Shown piece by piece: positions 1 to 12,179 of a stretch of DNA of 64,000 bases. Each line of letters opens with the position of its first letter. Position 1 is the first letter of the stretch. The position numbers were made by a program, and so were the translations under genes. The notes under the pieces are model-generated. The model was not told the origin of the DNA. It saw only the letters and a program-made list of their open reading frames with translations, and made no database searches. The stretch is from Raillietiella orientalis (lineage: Eukaryota), in NCBI GenBank assembly GCA_036172245.1, contig JAYWIR010000002.1:496001-560000 (forward strand). The letters are read 5' to 3'.

Positions 1-99
1 CTTCACGACCAAACGGCAATTCCTTCTTGTCTTCCAATTACTGCCTCTTCGGAGGGAAAATCTGGAGTGTTTCTGCGAAGACCACTTTCGTCGCGGAAG

Positions 100-1900
100 G
101 GACAAAAGGAAAAGGAAATGAAGCAAAGCTGTTTATTTTTGGGAGAAGAGGGGGAGGGTAAAGGAAGGAAGGACGGCAATTTGGTCTGTTGGATGCCACC
201 GTCCGCGGCAGGAGACAGGTTTCGATCTTTCCACCAGTTCGGATTCGGCAGGATGCTACCAAAGATGCTGCCGGCAGTGCCTATCCAGCCTTGGCAGCTC
301 GCAGAGATACGGAATTGCAGGCAGGAACCGGGTGTAGCAGGTCGTGCCTACCATGGGACCCGCTCATAGGAATTGCTGAGCGATGAAATGCAAAAAGAAA
401 AAAGAAAAAAAAAGAAAAGACAGAAAAAAACAGAAGAAAAAAAAAAACAAAAAAAACAAAGCAGCCAAATGTTTTGCGGGCTCGGCGGTGGTAATAAACG
501 AATCCCCGCATTTCTCTCTGTTTTCACCAATTAGAAGAGACGGTTTTTGAAGAAGGCTGAAGATAAATTTCGGAAGGGTATGTCAGCAAATGCATTCGTT
601 TCCCTGCTAAACGATTTTCGACAAGCCAGCTAATGGAACCGACCGTACTTGCTTTCATCTGTGCTCGCGTGTTCACGATTTGTACGCAAGTTCCTTTGAA
701 GGCGCTATGATCGGGGCGAATTTGCATGCAAATACGATCTTTGCAGTTGGCATCCGTGATGTGCTCTGAATAATTCTTGCAAAATCTATGAAAAGCGATT
801 AAGAACACCAGTAATAATAAAGAGAGCACGCGCAATTAGTGGGATCAAGCTCCTTGAGAACTTTCGAGAATAAAACCAACTTTTCGAGCACCCTCCACAA
901 ATCATGCAGAGTGGGATGCTTAAAATGCAAACGCAGGAACAGAAGGTAAAAGAGACACAGAGCTCTAAAGTAAGAACAAAGTGTGAACTTGATTTGCATG
1001 TAGGCCTTCCCCCGCACGGAGGTTGAGGGAATGGAAGCAGGGTGGAGCGACGGGAGAGCCCCCCAGAGGGGGGAGAGGGGAAAACGGTTCTTCGACGGAT
1101 TCTGCCCGGTCGCCAGGAACGTTCGGGGTCGTGAGGGATGCGAACACGGAGAGCCGGGACTCAAGAGTATCGGGATCAGGGAAACTGCTTCGCGGGCAGC
1201 CCTCAGGAAGTCCTGCGAGAGCTCCGCGGTATGGCATTAGTCGGAAGTAAACTTCCACATGCTAGGTCGAGGAGACGGAAGAGCCCTTGGAAGTTCTCTG
1301 CAATCTTTGCGATGCTGTTGGTAGGACGCCATTAGCAAGATGCAGCCTGCATATGAGACAGAGCTTTTCTCTTGTCATCTGGGATGCTCAACTCTGCAAT
1401 GAGCACTTCTGCAAGGTAGCTGAAAGAGTGAATCTGGTTCCGTTTCTGTTTCTGAATTCGGTTTTCCCCCTCCTCTCCCTCCGTCACGTGAGTGCTCTTC
1501 TTCCTTTCCTTGAGGAAGAGCGCCGTTTGCTCGCCATTTGCTTGTTGCTGGAGGTAGCAAAAACCGGAGGTCCCCCGACATCCGAAAGTTTTTGAGGATC
1601 TCTTGGGATTCGCCCATTAAAAAGCCATTCGAATCGAAACTAATTCCCTCCTCCATTCACTTTAAGAGGGAAATGGGGGACCCAGGTTTGCCGGCTCGAC
1701 TTCCGGATGATTACACAGATCATTATGGAAGATGAAGGCAGCAAAAAAATAAGACAAAGTCATGGTCTCGAAGACGGAGAGTTTCCTTCAGGAGGAGGAA
1801 AAGTTCCAGTGAGGAAAGAAGAGACCAATTTCCGATGATAGGAGATATAAAAAAAAATGCCTTCATCTTCTATTAAGTTCACGTTGAGTCTACTCTCAAG
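100..1900 (-). mobile_element. Decayed L1/Tx1-type non-LTR retrotransposon ORF2 (RT region)
   Basis: Minus-strand frames give colinear degenerate RT motifs: GKPGSP (~1690; cf. GKAPGPDG), ALPQGKE (cf. LIPKxGK), PLSPLWGAL (~1070; motif B), AYMQIKFTL (cf. AYADD), LEKLVLFSKV, and SAFKGTCVQIVN (cf. LSxxGRxxxVN). Frameshifted; an A-rich tract lies at 390-460. Confidence 0.5.
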
Positions 1901-2454
1901 GAAAATCATGGCGAAACAGTTGCATTAGTAGACAAGAACAACAACAAAAAATCGGCTGGCAGTTGAGGCTACGAGGTCGAGCGTCGGGATGGTGTTCAGA
2001 ATGTCGCGACGGCGGTGTGCCTCAGCCTCGTACATCACGCGAGAAAGCTGCGCGGAAAGTCGGAAGGAGCGAAAAAGAGCGGATGCAGGTCCCCCTCCCC
2101 CTCCTCGCTCTCGGATGACGGAGAGGAACTGGCGAAGCGTTTTCCAGACACCTGCACTCCGTGGTTTGCTTCTGGAGCAGTGCGAGACCGACGACGGTGT
2201 ACAGGTCACACGGGTTCTCGATGCAGGGTCCGCATGCTCTGCTGCTGGGCGACGCAGCTGCCGGACCTCTGCAGCATGCACGATCCCGTCGCTGCGACGC
2301 TCGATGCGTGCGCACGGCGGCTCTCGGGAACACCTCGGAATCCGTCGGTAGCAGAAGAACAAAACGTACTCGAACGTGAAAGCGGAGGCAAAGTGTGTTT
2401 GCTCTGTGACTGACCTGTACGGCGGAAATGGAAAATGCCAGATCATAAGCTATT

Positions 2455-2483
2455 GTGTGTGTATGTGTGTGTGTGTGTGTGTG
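2455..2483. repeat. (TG)n microsatellite
   Basis: Directly visible TG run with one interruption. Confidence 0.9.
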
Positions 2484-2599
2484 TTTGCGGAGAAAATGGC
2501 ACTCGATAAGTGACCTTCAACCCCTACGCACCTCATCGTGCTCCGTGCGAGTTTTGTTTCGTGTCTCGATGCGAAGTCAGAACGGACTGCCACAGCCAT

Positions 2600-4440
2600 T
2601 CGGACCACAGAGGCGAGGCTGCCTCACCTGGAAAACGTGCCACTCGGAAGCATTCGGAGGGCACCCCCATAAACACGTGGGCAGTCGGATAGGGCGCCGG
2701 AGGCTGCGAGGAGAGCGTGATTTCGGAAGAAGGCTGCCGATGAAAAGCAGTGATTATGAGCAGAGGACCGCTGGGCTTGGTAAATGGGCCGCGCAAATGC
2801 ACGCCCCTGGTGACCTCGCCAGGAACTCGCCGGCTTTACGATTTTCTGGCGACCGATCACCTTCATGGATGTGCGTCTACGCCGTCTCGGGCAGGTTTTT
2901 GGTCTGCCGCCGCGGAAAAAGACCAGGGGACCGCAGGGATTCGAGCTTTTTGCGTTGCTTTTTTCGAGATCCGAAGGTGCAATTCGGAATCAGATCTTGC
3001 TCTGATCGGCCGACGACCAGTAGAAGGGACGAGGAAGATTCCTCGTCGCTCTTCCCGTCAGAAACACACTCGGAGTGAAACGGTATCACTGTAAAAAGGA
3101 AAAATTCTTGCAGCTTCCCAGAACGCCTTCGGACATCTGAATCATCCTGAGCTTCAATGTTCCTTGAATTGGCACCTGCGAATCCGAAGAAAATTGAGGG
3201 CTCTGGTAGCCGCGGCCCGCGGCGACAAGGCGCTTGTAAGGCCTTTCGCTGTCTGTCCACTTTGGACTGCTCATTTCTGCCACGGGAGCTGTGCGGATGG
3301 TCGCACGGAATGCCCGAGCCCACTATTGGCCTGCGGAGGACCTTCGTAGTAACGACTGCACCTTCAGCGCAGTGCTTGCGTGACTCTTGAGGATGGGCTA
3401 GAAGAGTAAGGGAGGAGCAGGGCGCCCACCTCTTGGGCCAGGATGCAGGCGTGTGCGGTCCCGTTCGGCCTGTGGACGGAGGAAGACTCGGCGCCCAGAC
3501 TCCGCTCGTCCTGGAAGGCAGTCGTTCTATGAGAAGATGGCGAATAAGAAAAAACGTGGAAACGGGTGTTCCGGAAGTGGGAAGCTCTCTAATGCCGCGA
3601 GAGCTCTCTTCGGATTTCTCACAGGTTCATCCAGCATCCAACACGGCACTTCCATAACTACGCATCACCGCTTCTTTGAGTCTCGCACCGTTCCTCTTCA
3701 GAAGTGACCTCGTTGCCCAGAGCTTCCGCCTTTTGCGTGTGCTGGAGCTCCTTGAGACCCTGCAGAGCTAAAGTGTGCCCAGCCAAGACAAGCAGTGCAG
3801 CAAAGTAGCCGGTGGACCCATGCCGACCAATTCCCGTTGGGGGAGAGGAGACTTAGTCGGGATCCAGCTCTCCAAGGAGAGAGCTGGGTCACCGGGTGGC
3901 TCGACGCTGCCTGACCCGGTGAAGCATCGGCATCGCAGCAGGAGGAACGTGGAAGAGGCGCAGCGAAGAAAGGTCGCAGAATGCGGGAAACCTCCCTCCA
4001 CTTCGCAGGCTGAAGAGTACCGGCTCGGCGAACTGGGGATCCAGGAAATCGGAGCCCACAAGGCATGAAACCCGGGGCGTTTCAGTCCACCCCCGCCCAG
4101 AACGAACCACTTTCAGCGAGCTCGCCAGCCTCCGGCAGATGAGGCAGACGGCGTCGCGGAGGGTACCTTCGAACACACCGAGTGTTTCGATTTGTACGGG
4201 ACTCTATTTTTTTCCTCCGGAACTGTCATACACTTTTTTCTTCGCCAAGGAAGTAGTAGGTTATTAGTAAACCGAATGTGTTCCCCCAAAGGAAGTGTCG
4301 AGATGTGCATCGATTTTTTTCTTTTTTGTGGTTCGCCAAGAGCTGAAGGAACCGTTTGCCTCCTTAGGGGGACCTCACGGAGCTCTTTAATGCTGTCCAC
4401 GGCACCCAAGGGTACGTCTCACTCTCCGAGTCATGAGTTT
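2600..4440 (+). mobile_element. Decayed L1-type ORF2, endonuclease to start of RT (host of the antisense element at 4443)
   Basis: Plus-strand MCVYAVS (~2870; cf. VYAP), LSTLDCSFL (~3255; cf. SRLDYFL) and LGIQEIGAHKA (~4040; cf. ITxEEI) occur in the expected order; the relic ends at a motif-A-like segment near 4420-4450. Confidence 0.4.
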
Positions 4441-4442
4441 AT

Positions 4443-6100
4443 CACCTGGTCACTCCGGGACGTTTATTATAAGAAATAAACATACATGTGTAGGGCCATC
4501 GGTCCTACATTGTCCGAAAATGTTCGGGATCTGGCTCGGCACGCGAGCCGGCGAAGTTCGTCTTAGCAGCGGAGGGGCAAAAAGAAATAACATGAAGCAA
4601 AAAAATATATACAAAAAATTGGAAGGGTTAGGGAAGGGATCAGTACCCGCTGGAGGGAGTCCTCTGCATCCTTTCCAGGATGTCAGCAAGTTCTATCTGA
4701 GTATGCCCCAGGTGGGGCCATCTTGTTGCCGTCCGCAGGAAGCGCAGGGCGAAGCAGATGGCGTCCATATCGCGCCGCTCTCCTCTCGCGTAGCTCTAGG
4801 TCGCCACAATCCCACGAAGGCAGCAGCTAAGAGCTGCTGAGGATGCGGTTACTGCCCAAATATTCCCTGAAGGAGATGAGTGGCGCGGTTAGGGAGGTTC
4901 TTAGCGCCCACGCACACGTGGTGGGCTGCACGATGACGTCCTGCAGCGAGTAGTTGTTGCACAAGGAGTGAAGCAGTCGCTGCCGCATCTCCAGGCTTGT
5001 CTCGTTGTTCTTGGCCCAGTGCGAGCGATTGCCCGCAGCCAAGCACTACTATTCGCGGGCCGGCAGGAGATCCAGTTGTTGGTCCTGGTCAGCTTGACCA
5101 CCCATAGGAGCTCCAGTCCGCAGCAGGACACGTTGCGTCTGTGTCGCCGCGCCAGGAACGAAGATAGTCCCGCGTAGCCGGTAGCTCGCTTGACCAGGTA
5201 TCGTGCGGGCTCGCACCAGTTGGTGATTCCAAGCTTTGCCACAAGGGAAAGTGTCCTTTACTGGAGCTGCTGCTCCAGGCGCTTCAGCGTCAGGAGACCG
5301 AGGCCTCCGTCCGGCGCGGAGCTCACAGGTCCTTCAGACGGACTCGGGGCCCAGAGGGGCGGTTTCCAAAATCCCTTCGTCCGCCTTTTAATCCACTCGG
5401 TTAAGTCCCTGCAATTTATTGGAGGTAACCTTGTAGGCACCACCCTATGAATGCAGGAAGGCTCCGGAGGAAGGAATATCCTTTCTTCCTCACTCACGTT
5501 TGGTAGGAAACCCTCGCCCTGGTGTCTCCGAAGAGACACCCTGAAGGTAACCTCCTCCGGAGAGACCTCCCTAGAGGCGACCCTGCCTCGTTTGATCTCC
5601 CGAGGGAACCCGCGCTAGGGAGCCTCTCCTTGTTTTACTCCTCTGAAGAGAACCTGGTGCCTCCCACTTTTCTCTGAAGATCGCTTCCCTGAAGGAAGCA
5701 GCTCGTGCTTCTGACACTCTGGAGAAGCAACTACTCAAGGGCTGAGTGATGCCATACTGCTCCATGGCACGCGATGGAGTGTTCTCCCTCAAGGGGGGAG
5801 AGGGCTCTATTTGCATAATCGGAGGGGAACGGCTCCTTGATTCCTGGATGGACACAGGAAGGTCCACGTTCAAGCCGGTAGTCGACTGTGGCTTCCGGTT
5901 TTCAAATGCTTCCATCATTGCCGCATCCGAACAGACCAACCAGTGCCGTCCTGCCGGTAAGGGAACTCGGAACCCACGACGCACCCATTTCTCGGCGTCG
6001 ACCCTTCCCCGGGTGGGATTCCAACCCGTCAACGTTTGGTGCCGCACGCGGAGACACTAGCCAAAGGGCCGCCAACGCGAGCAGTGCGCATTCGTGTAGC
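4443..6100 (-). mobile_element. Tx1-like family A copy: RT, GGLG and C-terminal region plus T-rich 3' UTR
   Basis: TGWNPTRGRVD (cf. GFxPGR), LVCSDAAMMEAF (motif A-like), MQIEP (end of motif B), PDGGLGLLTLK (ORF 5258..5539) and LEMRQRLLHSL (zf-RVT-like). The terminal sequence at 4443-4488 is shared with 15622-15668 and 16639-16685. Confidence 0.6.
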
Positions 6101-7219
6101 TGACGCCAGACTCCATGAGGCAGAACGTGACATGCGGATCCAGTTGCGGTGATCTGCAGCCACGGGAGTGGAAACCGGGGTTGTAAGGAGAGAATCGAAG
6201 ACGCGAAAGGGAGCTGGCAACAGTAGCGATGGGTTTTCCAGTGTGCGCGCTTTTGATGGAGATCAGTGAAGAACCCTACGCAGCCTGTTGGTAACCGGAG
6301 CTGGATTGGAGCAGCTCGCACAGGGGTAGGCTTTCTGGTTGCCGAAGTGAAGCACCCTTCTTCCCCCTTCTTCTTCCTCCTCATATTGGCGGCGCTTGCT
6401 CGCTTCCAAATCCCTCGTTGGTCACTTCCAAGAAGTAATTGGAGGGGCATTTCAGGGCTCGGTTTTCTGTCGTTGTCTCAACAGCCGACCGGAAGGTGCA
6501 CCTATGTCTTAATCTTTGGTGACTCACCTTTCTTCGAGCCACTACCTTTGGTTTGGTTCTTTCCTTCTTCCATATTGACTCGTGCCTCTTGTACTGTCCT
6601 TTGTTCTGGTGCAGACGTGCTCAGTAAGGGGCAGTTGCAAGCTGTGTCCTCTTCCCGTTTCCGCTGACTTCTTGTTACGGACCTTCCTAGGTCATTCCCT
6701 CGAAGCGGCATAACTTTTTGTGGATTCTCTGCGGATTGGCAACACCTCAGAGCTAATTTCGACAAGCTTTTGATTTCTGGGTAGCGAGGACACGTCTTCA
6801 GCAACCGCTTTCTTCGTATTCAGGTTCCTTGTTGCTCGCAGAGAGGAGGAAACACAAATTTTCCAGGAACGCAATTCCCATTTTTTCCAGTGTCTTCATT
6901 TTATTGTGGGCGTGGTTTCAAGCAGGTAGAGTAGCTCTTCCCGAGCGGCCGCAAAATTTCATTTTTTGGATTTGTTGCGTGCCATCATGAATCGCTACGG
7001 ATTACATCTTCTCGAAAGTTGCAGGCACGACTCCGCTTGCTGCTCCTTCGTGAGATCATTTGAATTTTTAATTCACCCGAAGAAAGCACGCATTTCTGTG
7101 ACATCATTTTAGAAACTTTTCCAGCCATCCTCCGTTGTTTTCGTCAAGTCTTTCAGATCTTACAAAAGAGTAGCACTCATTGATCTCCATTCTGATTTCA
7201 TGGGTCGGCTCTCATTGGT

Positions 7220-8450
7220 AGGAGACGCATATAATGTTTTCAGAAGTGCATGAAACTGTTTCTGTGTGACCTCACAGCTTTTGCGGTAGGGATGAAATTC
7301 ATAGCGCGTCACGGCTGTCTCCATGCTTTCTGTAGGGAACTGCTAATTGTCACCGTCCTCAACTTAAATTGCTCAATTTATTGTGCGAATCTTCAAAGCT
7401 GGAGTCTCCCCCTCACCTCCCCAGAATTTTTTTTTTTTCTGTTTTCGTGCTCGTATCCTGGTACTTTTCTGCTTCTCGTGCTCACGAGCTCTTTCTTGAT
7501 GCAGCGGACGAACGTCGCGCCATGTTTGCAGAGAGTCTTGGCATGAGACTCCCTGTGTTCATCTCAACGTCTTTCAGAGAATGCTTTTCGGTGAGTGGAA
7601 ACGGTGGAACGAAATCATGCAATCGCAGGTGGTGATAAGCTCTGGTCCACGAGAAATTCAAAAGCGCAGCGAAAACGCCGCAGTCCCGCATCCTCCTCGC
7701 AGCGCTTTTTCCAAAAAGCGAATCAGCTCGAGGGATTTGTAAAGAGTATGTTATCTGCCTTATACCTCATGCAGCTCTTGACTTCATCCTGCCCCAGCGC
7801 TGTGCGATAATTCTTCCCCGGTGCTCGTTTCCCCCCAAAAGAATTGAAACCGATGTTGTGCGTCTCAGCACCCACTGTATGCTTGGATTCGATTTGGGCA
7901 CTTCGAGATCACACAGGAGATCAGGGGTGTGTGGTGGGCACATCGGTGGTACCCAACGAGCAAACCACATCAGAGATCGAAAAGAGAGACCTCACGAACT
8001 GCGCTCTGGCACAACGACGTAAAGACGTTTACTTGCTTGCGCTCACATTCTGGATTTCTCAGAACGAAACCTGAACCCATGAGAACAGGACAATGTCTTC
8101 AGCGAACGCTAACAAGGGAACGGGGCGCAAACGAAGGGCGTAAAATGCAACCCATCGTGCAGGTCAGATGGAGTCCTGGCCTCGTTAAAAGCGAGTGCGA
8201 AATCAGTTGCACCGAAAGGCGTCCGCAGCAACATGCAAATGTGCCTCAGAGTGAAATCAGCTTAGGACATGTTTCTGTCTATACAGATGCGAGTTTCCAA
8301 ATTTCCTGCTCTCTTCAAGGATGTAGGATTGTACAAGAGACTCGGTTTAGCATTCCATGTTGCTCAGAATATCAGATGCTTGCTGAAACGGATCTTTGCT
8401 GTGGAATTCTGAGCAATGGGTTGAGATCCAACGGGTTGTTCGCAGTGATC
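7220..8450 (-). mobile_element. Probable piggyBac (PGBD-like) transposase relic
   Basis: Colinear frameshifted motifs: NMS*ADF..LRH/LHV (cf. MSRNRF..LHF), PRSLVSV/AEDIVLF (~8120; cf. LSVDExMVxF), LCDLE..IQAYSG (~7880), DN../LYKSLELIRFLEK..GCGT (~7750-7685; cf. DNFYTS..GT), WRDVRP..LVST (~7520) and YRKS..KQFHALL (~7280). Confidence 0.55.
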
Positions 8451-9199
8451 CTTGCTTCCGTCTACCTGCTTTTCTGGAACGCAACTGCTGAGCTGTGGTT
8501 CACCTCCCTCATGCGTCCGAATTCTAAAAATACACTCACCCTGCTAGTGCTTCACACATTTTTCCTCCCTCCCCTCCTATGAACCCTTTGTTTTGGTCCA
8601 GCCGAGTCGAGGACAGGCAACCCTGACGGAAGTGCTCTCTGGACTTTAATCATGCCCTGTTTACCGAAACAAAAATCTCTTGCAGTCTTCCCAATGCATG
8701 ACTTCATAGCGTCTCCTGCGAAGCGTAACGGTGCCAAGTAACCCTTTCGAGCACTCAATAACCCCTGGATGTTACACCGGAGGTCAGATTCCAGCACTGA
8801 TGGTCCAACAGCCACAACCGCCTTTTCATAAACTCGTCCTTTTTTTTTTTTTTTTTTTCCTTTTCCGCGTCGGGGGGGGAAAAGGTAAAATTTCTGAAGA
8901 TCCGGGAAGGAGACTCCGAGTCATCCGAATGCGGTGCCCCGGCCATTCGCAGAGGACCAGCCGATGCAGCAACGCGCACTTCCCTCTCCTGTAATCCCAT
9001 GTCTATTCGTGTGTGGGGGGTTTGCGATGCTTCTTCGAGGAAGGTGACTTTCGTGCGAGCGCTTTGGGATCTTCTCGGGACCATAATCGCCGCCGCGTCT
9101 TCTGACGATTAGCCTGGATTCCTCCTCTACGGAAGCTGCACGCTGCGCGCAGACTGAAACGCGCGCACCCTCGCGCACCTACACGCACGCGCACACGTA

Positions 9200-9500
9200 G
9201 AAATGCGGCCACACCGCCAGGTCAGTGTTCTGCGGACTTTTTCATCGGTCCCCCGACAGCTCCGTTGGTCGTCCCCATCTTGGTACAGCTGGTTTCTTGA
9301 TAACTCGAGATCTCTGGACAGAGTCCTGGTGAAACCGGCTGACTGCCATGCTAATAGAGAAGCGATTACCCGAGGTCAAAGGCGAACAACAGTCTTTGAT
9401 CTTGTGTTAACGAAGCTGGAAGCCTAATGGCAGGCAGCTTATGGTTCGCATCCTGCTTGGAACAGAAACACGGCGCAGCTTTGCTGGCGGGTGAAACAAA
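9200..9500 (+). mobile_element. APE endonuclease relic of a CR1/L2/Jockey-type LINE
   Basis: ORF 9203..9427 contains FLDNSRSLDRVLVK...ITRGQRRTTVFDLVLT, resembling the PTR..LDLVLT motif. Confidence 0.45.
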
Positions 9501-11249
9501 GGAACCAAGAAATGCGGGAACCCTCCTCAGGGATCGAAGGAACAGCAGCAGCTCCTCGGATCTTAGGTTAGGACGCTCCCCGTTTGAGGTTCTCCTTGGT
9601 TCTATTCCAGCTCGGGGGCGGTCACGGCGCGGGTCGCACCTTCTAAACAGAGAAGAAGGAGGGTAGGCAAGAAAGGGGGAGGGGAATATGTGCAGGCACA
9701 AGAAACGGAGTCTTGAGACACACACGGTAGACCCTGCGCGCCCCACCTCAAAAGATGGCCTGCCGCCGTGCGGCAGAGGATCGCTCTGCGCTTTCCCGTT
9801 TCCCTTCAGCAAGGATTGGCTGCTGACCTGCCTCCCTTCTCCACTTCTCGAGAGAAATTCCGAAAACGAAAGCAGCGGGTTGCCTTAAGAGTGAATTACC
9901 TGTCGCCGTCGAAAGAGAAGCTCTTGAAGCTGGCTCCAGATGGACCTCCAGTCAGCAGGCAAGCCCATCAAGGGATTCCTACCAGTGATACATAGGGAAG
10001 AAGCTATCCCTTGAAATCCACTGATCGTCAGCAGATCAAATCATCCACTGATCATCATTAATAAACGATTCACACTGATGGTGGTTTAAAAAGCATCCAT
10101 CAAAGCTTGAAGGATTGTCGCGCTTGCTTAGGCAGTCGTGTCCTTCACATACCAAAGAAGTGCAGGCACGACTGATGGCCGCTTCTGCTGTTTCGACTAC
10201 TTTTTGGTGCAGAGTAGCTTCTCACACCCTTCTTCTCGCTGAGACCCCACACTGCCAGCTTGCAAGAAGGATTGCTGCCTGCATCAGATCACATCTGTCG
10301 CAACAGCATCCATCCCCCCGGCTGTAAGTTGTCTTGTCCGTCCTTGCTCTAGTCCACCAGCGAAAGAAACAGTGGGATTGGCGCAGTTCTTACAAAGTGC
10401 GCTCGCATCCACGGCCGCGTCCGAACTCTTTTATGAACACGTCACCTGGGCTTATAAAAACGTCTTCACAAAACCAGCCAACGCTTTGTGAAAAGGAAGC
10501 TGCATTGGCAGGTGTTCAAGGCCATCCGTAGAAGAACCATGGTTTTCTTATTGTATTACTTTGCTAACCTCTCTGTGGACTGCAGGTCTGTCTTGGCTTG
10601 TCAAAGACTCCCTCGTGCACATTCCCAGCCTTTTGGCTTTCGTGTATCATCACGAACGTGTGTCTGTGTTTATTTCATGCACGCTTTCGATCCGTAATCA
10701 CCCTTATGATGTGATTTGTTAGTGTGATTTTGTATACTTACTGGCAGAGATTAAGAATTACTTGGTCCATTGGAGATTCGATCATTATGACCGAGGTTAT
10801 TCATGTTCACCTGGATTCATCTCATTCCGCTTCGCATGACAATACCGAAATCTTCATCTTGCAGTCCAATAAGCGAAGGTCAGAGAGAACCTGAAACCGT
10901 TCAAGAGATTGAAACCACGTCCTTTGCAATGATTCAGACCTCAGTTGCCATCTCAGGCATTGCCGTAATCTTTGCTCCTACTTGGCTGCTTACCTACCCC
11001 AGCTTACGCACACCCTCCTCGCTCCATACTCTCTACCTATGCGGTGCGCGAAAGCACGAATCTTCTTTTCCGGTTGCATTTCCTGCTCCTCAAGGTTCGC
11101 TCCACCTTCCTCCTGGATCATGAAATTCCACAGTCGCCTTTGTTTCCAGCCTCGTCAGTTTTCTCGTTTGATTTCTTGTTTTCGTCGCACGCGACAAACA
11201 TCTGAGCGTCGTCGCTCTTCGGCTCGAGTCAGCTGTCCAGTCTCGAACC

Positions 11250-11850
11250 GACGGGCTCGTTTTTTCCCTCGCACTTTCAATCCATGTGCCGCACGATGAT
11301 TTTCAATTCCGTAAAGGTACTTCTTTGATGAAGGACAGGACGAAAGGAAGACATGCCTTACGGATTTCGTGGTTTCTCTTTTGTAAGCTTCCTCCATTCG
11401 TCTCAAGAAGCGGCAAGCCCAGACTTGCAGTGCTCAGGTGCTTCAAGGAAGGCGTGGGGAGCGCTTCTTTCGGAAGAATGCCGCAGCGAGCAAGCACCAC
11501 CCAGAAGCACAGACGTCAAAACCCGGCTTTCGGTTGACAAGACCATCCTCATTCCCCACTGAAGCTTCCTTTAACAAAATGCACCTCCCGTCACCCTCCA
11601 GTTCTCCCTTCGGCCTTTTTGGAACATCTGTGACTGAAGCCGACTTTTTTTCCTTTTCTTCGCGTTGGTTTCCAGTTGGAGGAACCAACGTTTCTTGTTG
11701 CGACTTCCTGTTGTCCAGGAATTCTGCCTACAGGCACTGATGACAACCGCTGGTTGTCTCCCGAATTCCCGGACCGCGGGTGGGTTCTTGTACAATCGCT
11801 GATTCGAAAGCTTCGTCTGATGCTGTGAATCGTTCCGACAATAACTGCGG
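11250..11850 (-). mobile_element. L1-type APE endonuclease relic
   Basis: ELEGDGRCILLKE..DGLVN (ORF 11443..11688; cf. DxEGRxIIL..LVNVY), followed by VLARCGIL and LKHLSTASLGL. Confidence 0.45.
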
Positions 11851-12179
11851 AATTTTCGTTGAAGAATGCTGACCGAGGAAGGAAGGAAAGGTGAGCGCAG
11901 TTGCTTCCGCGGCTGCACCCCCGTCGCGATCCTCAAAAACGTGCAGCGCGCTGTCTTTTTGCACAGATGGGCACCGCCGTGAGGCATGGGCATCCGCCGA
12001 AGGAAATCCGATGTGACGGTGAACGGAAAGAGGACATAAAGTGCAAGAGTACGGGGAAGGGGAGGCTTGGCAAAATGCTCTTTGAACGATCGCCCCAGTC
12101 AGCTCGTCTTTTCTTTTTCCTTTTTTGGAATCGTACGCAAAGGGTAGAGAGAGAGCGTTCGAAATCTTGGGGGACAGGT

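Noticed and set aside
5960..6000. KWVRRGFRVP as a DIRS/Ngaro RT signature
   Set aside because: The neighbouring GGLG and zf-RVT-like motifs point to an L1/Tx1 ORF2; no tyrosine recombinase seen.
10734..10750. ATACTTACTGGCAG resembling the U1 snRNA 5' end
   Set aside because: Similarity stops after ~14 nt; it is equally a reverse-complement splice-donor word.
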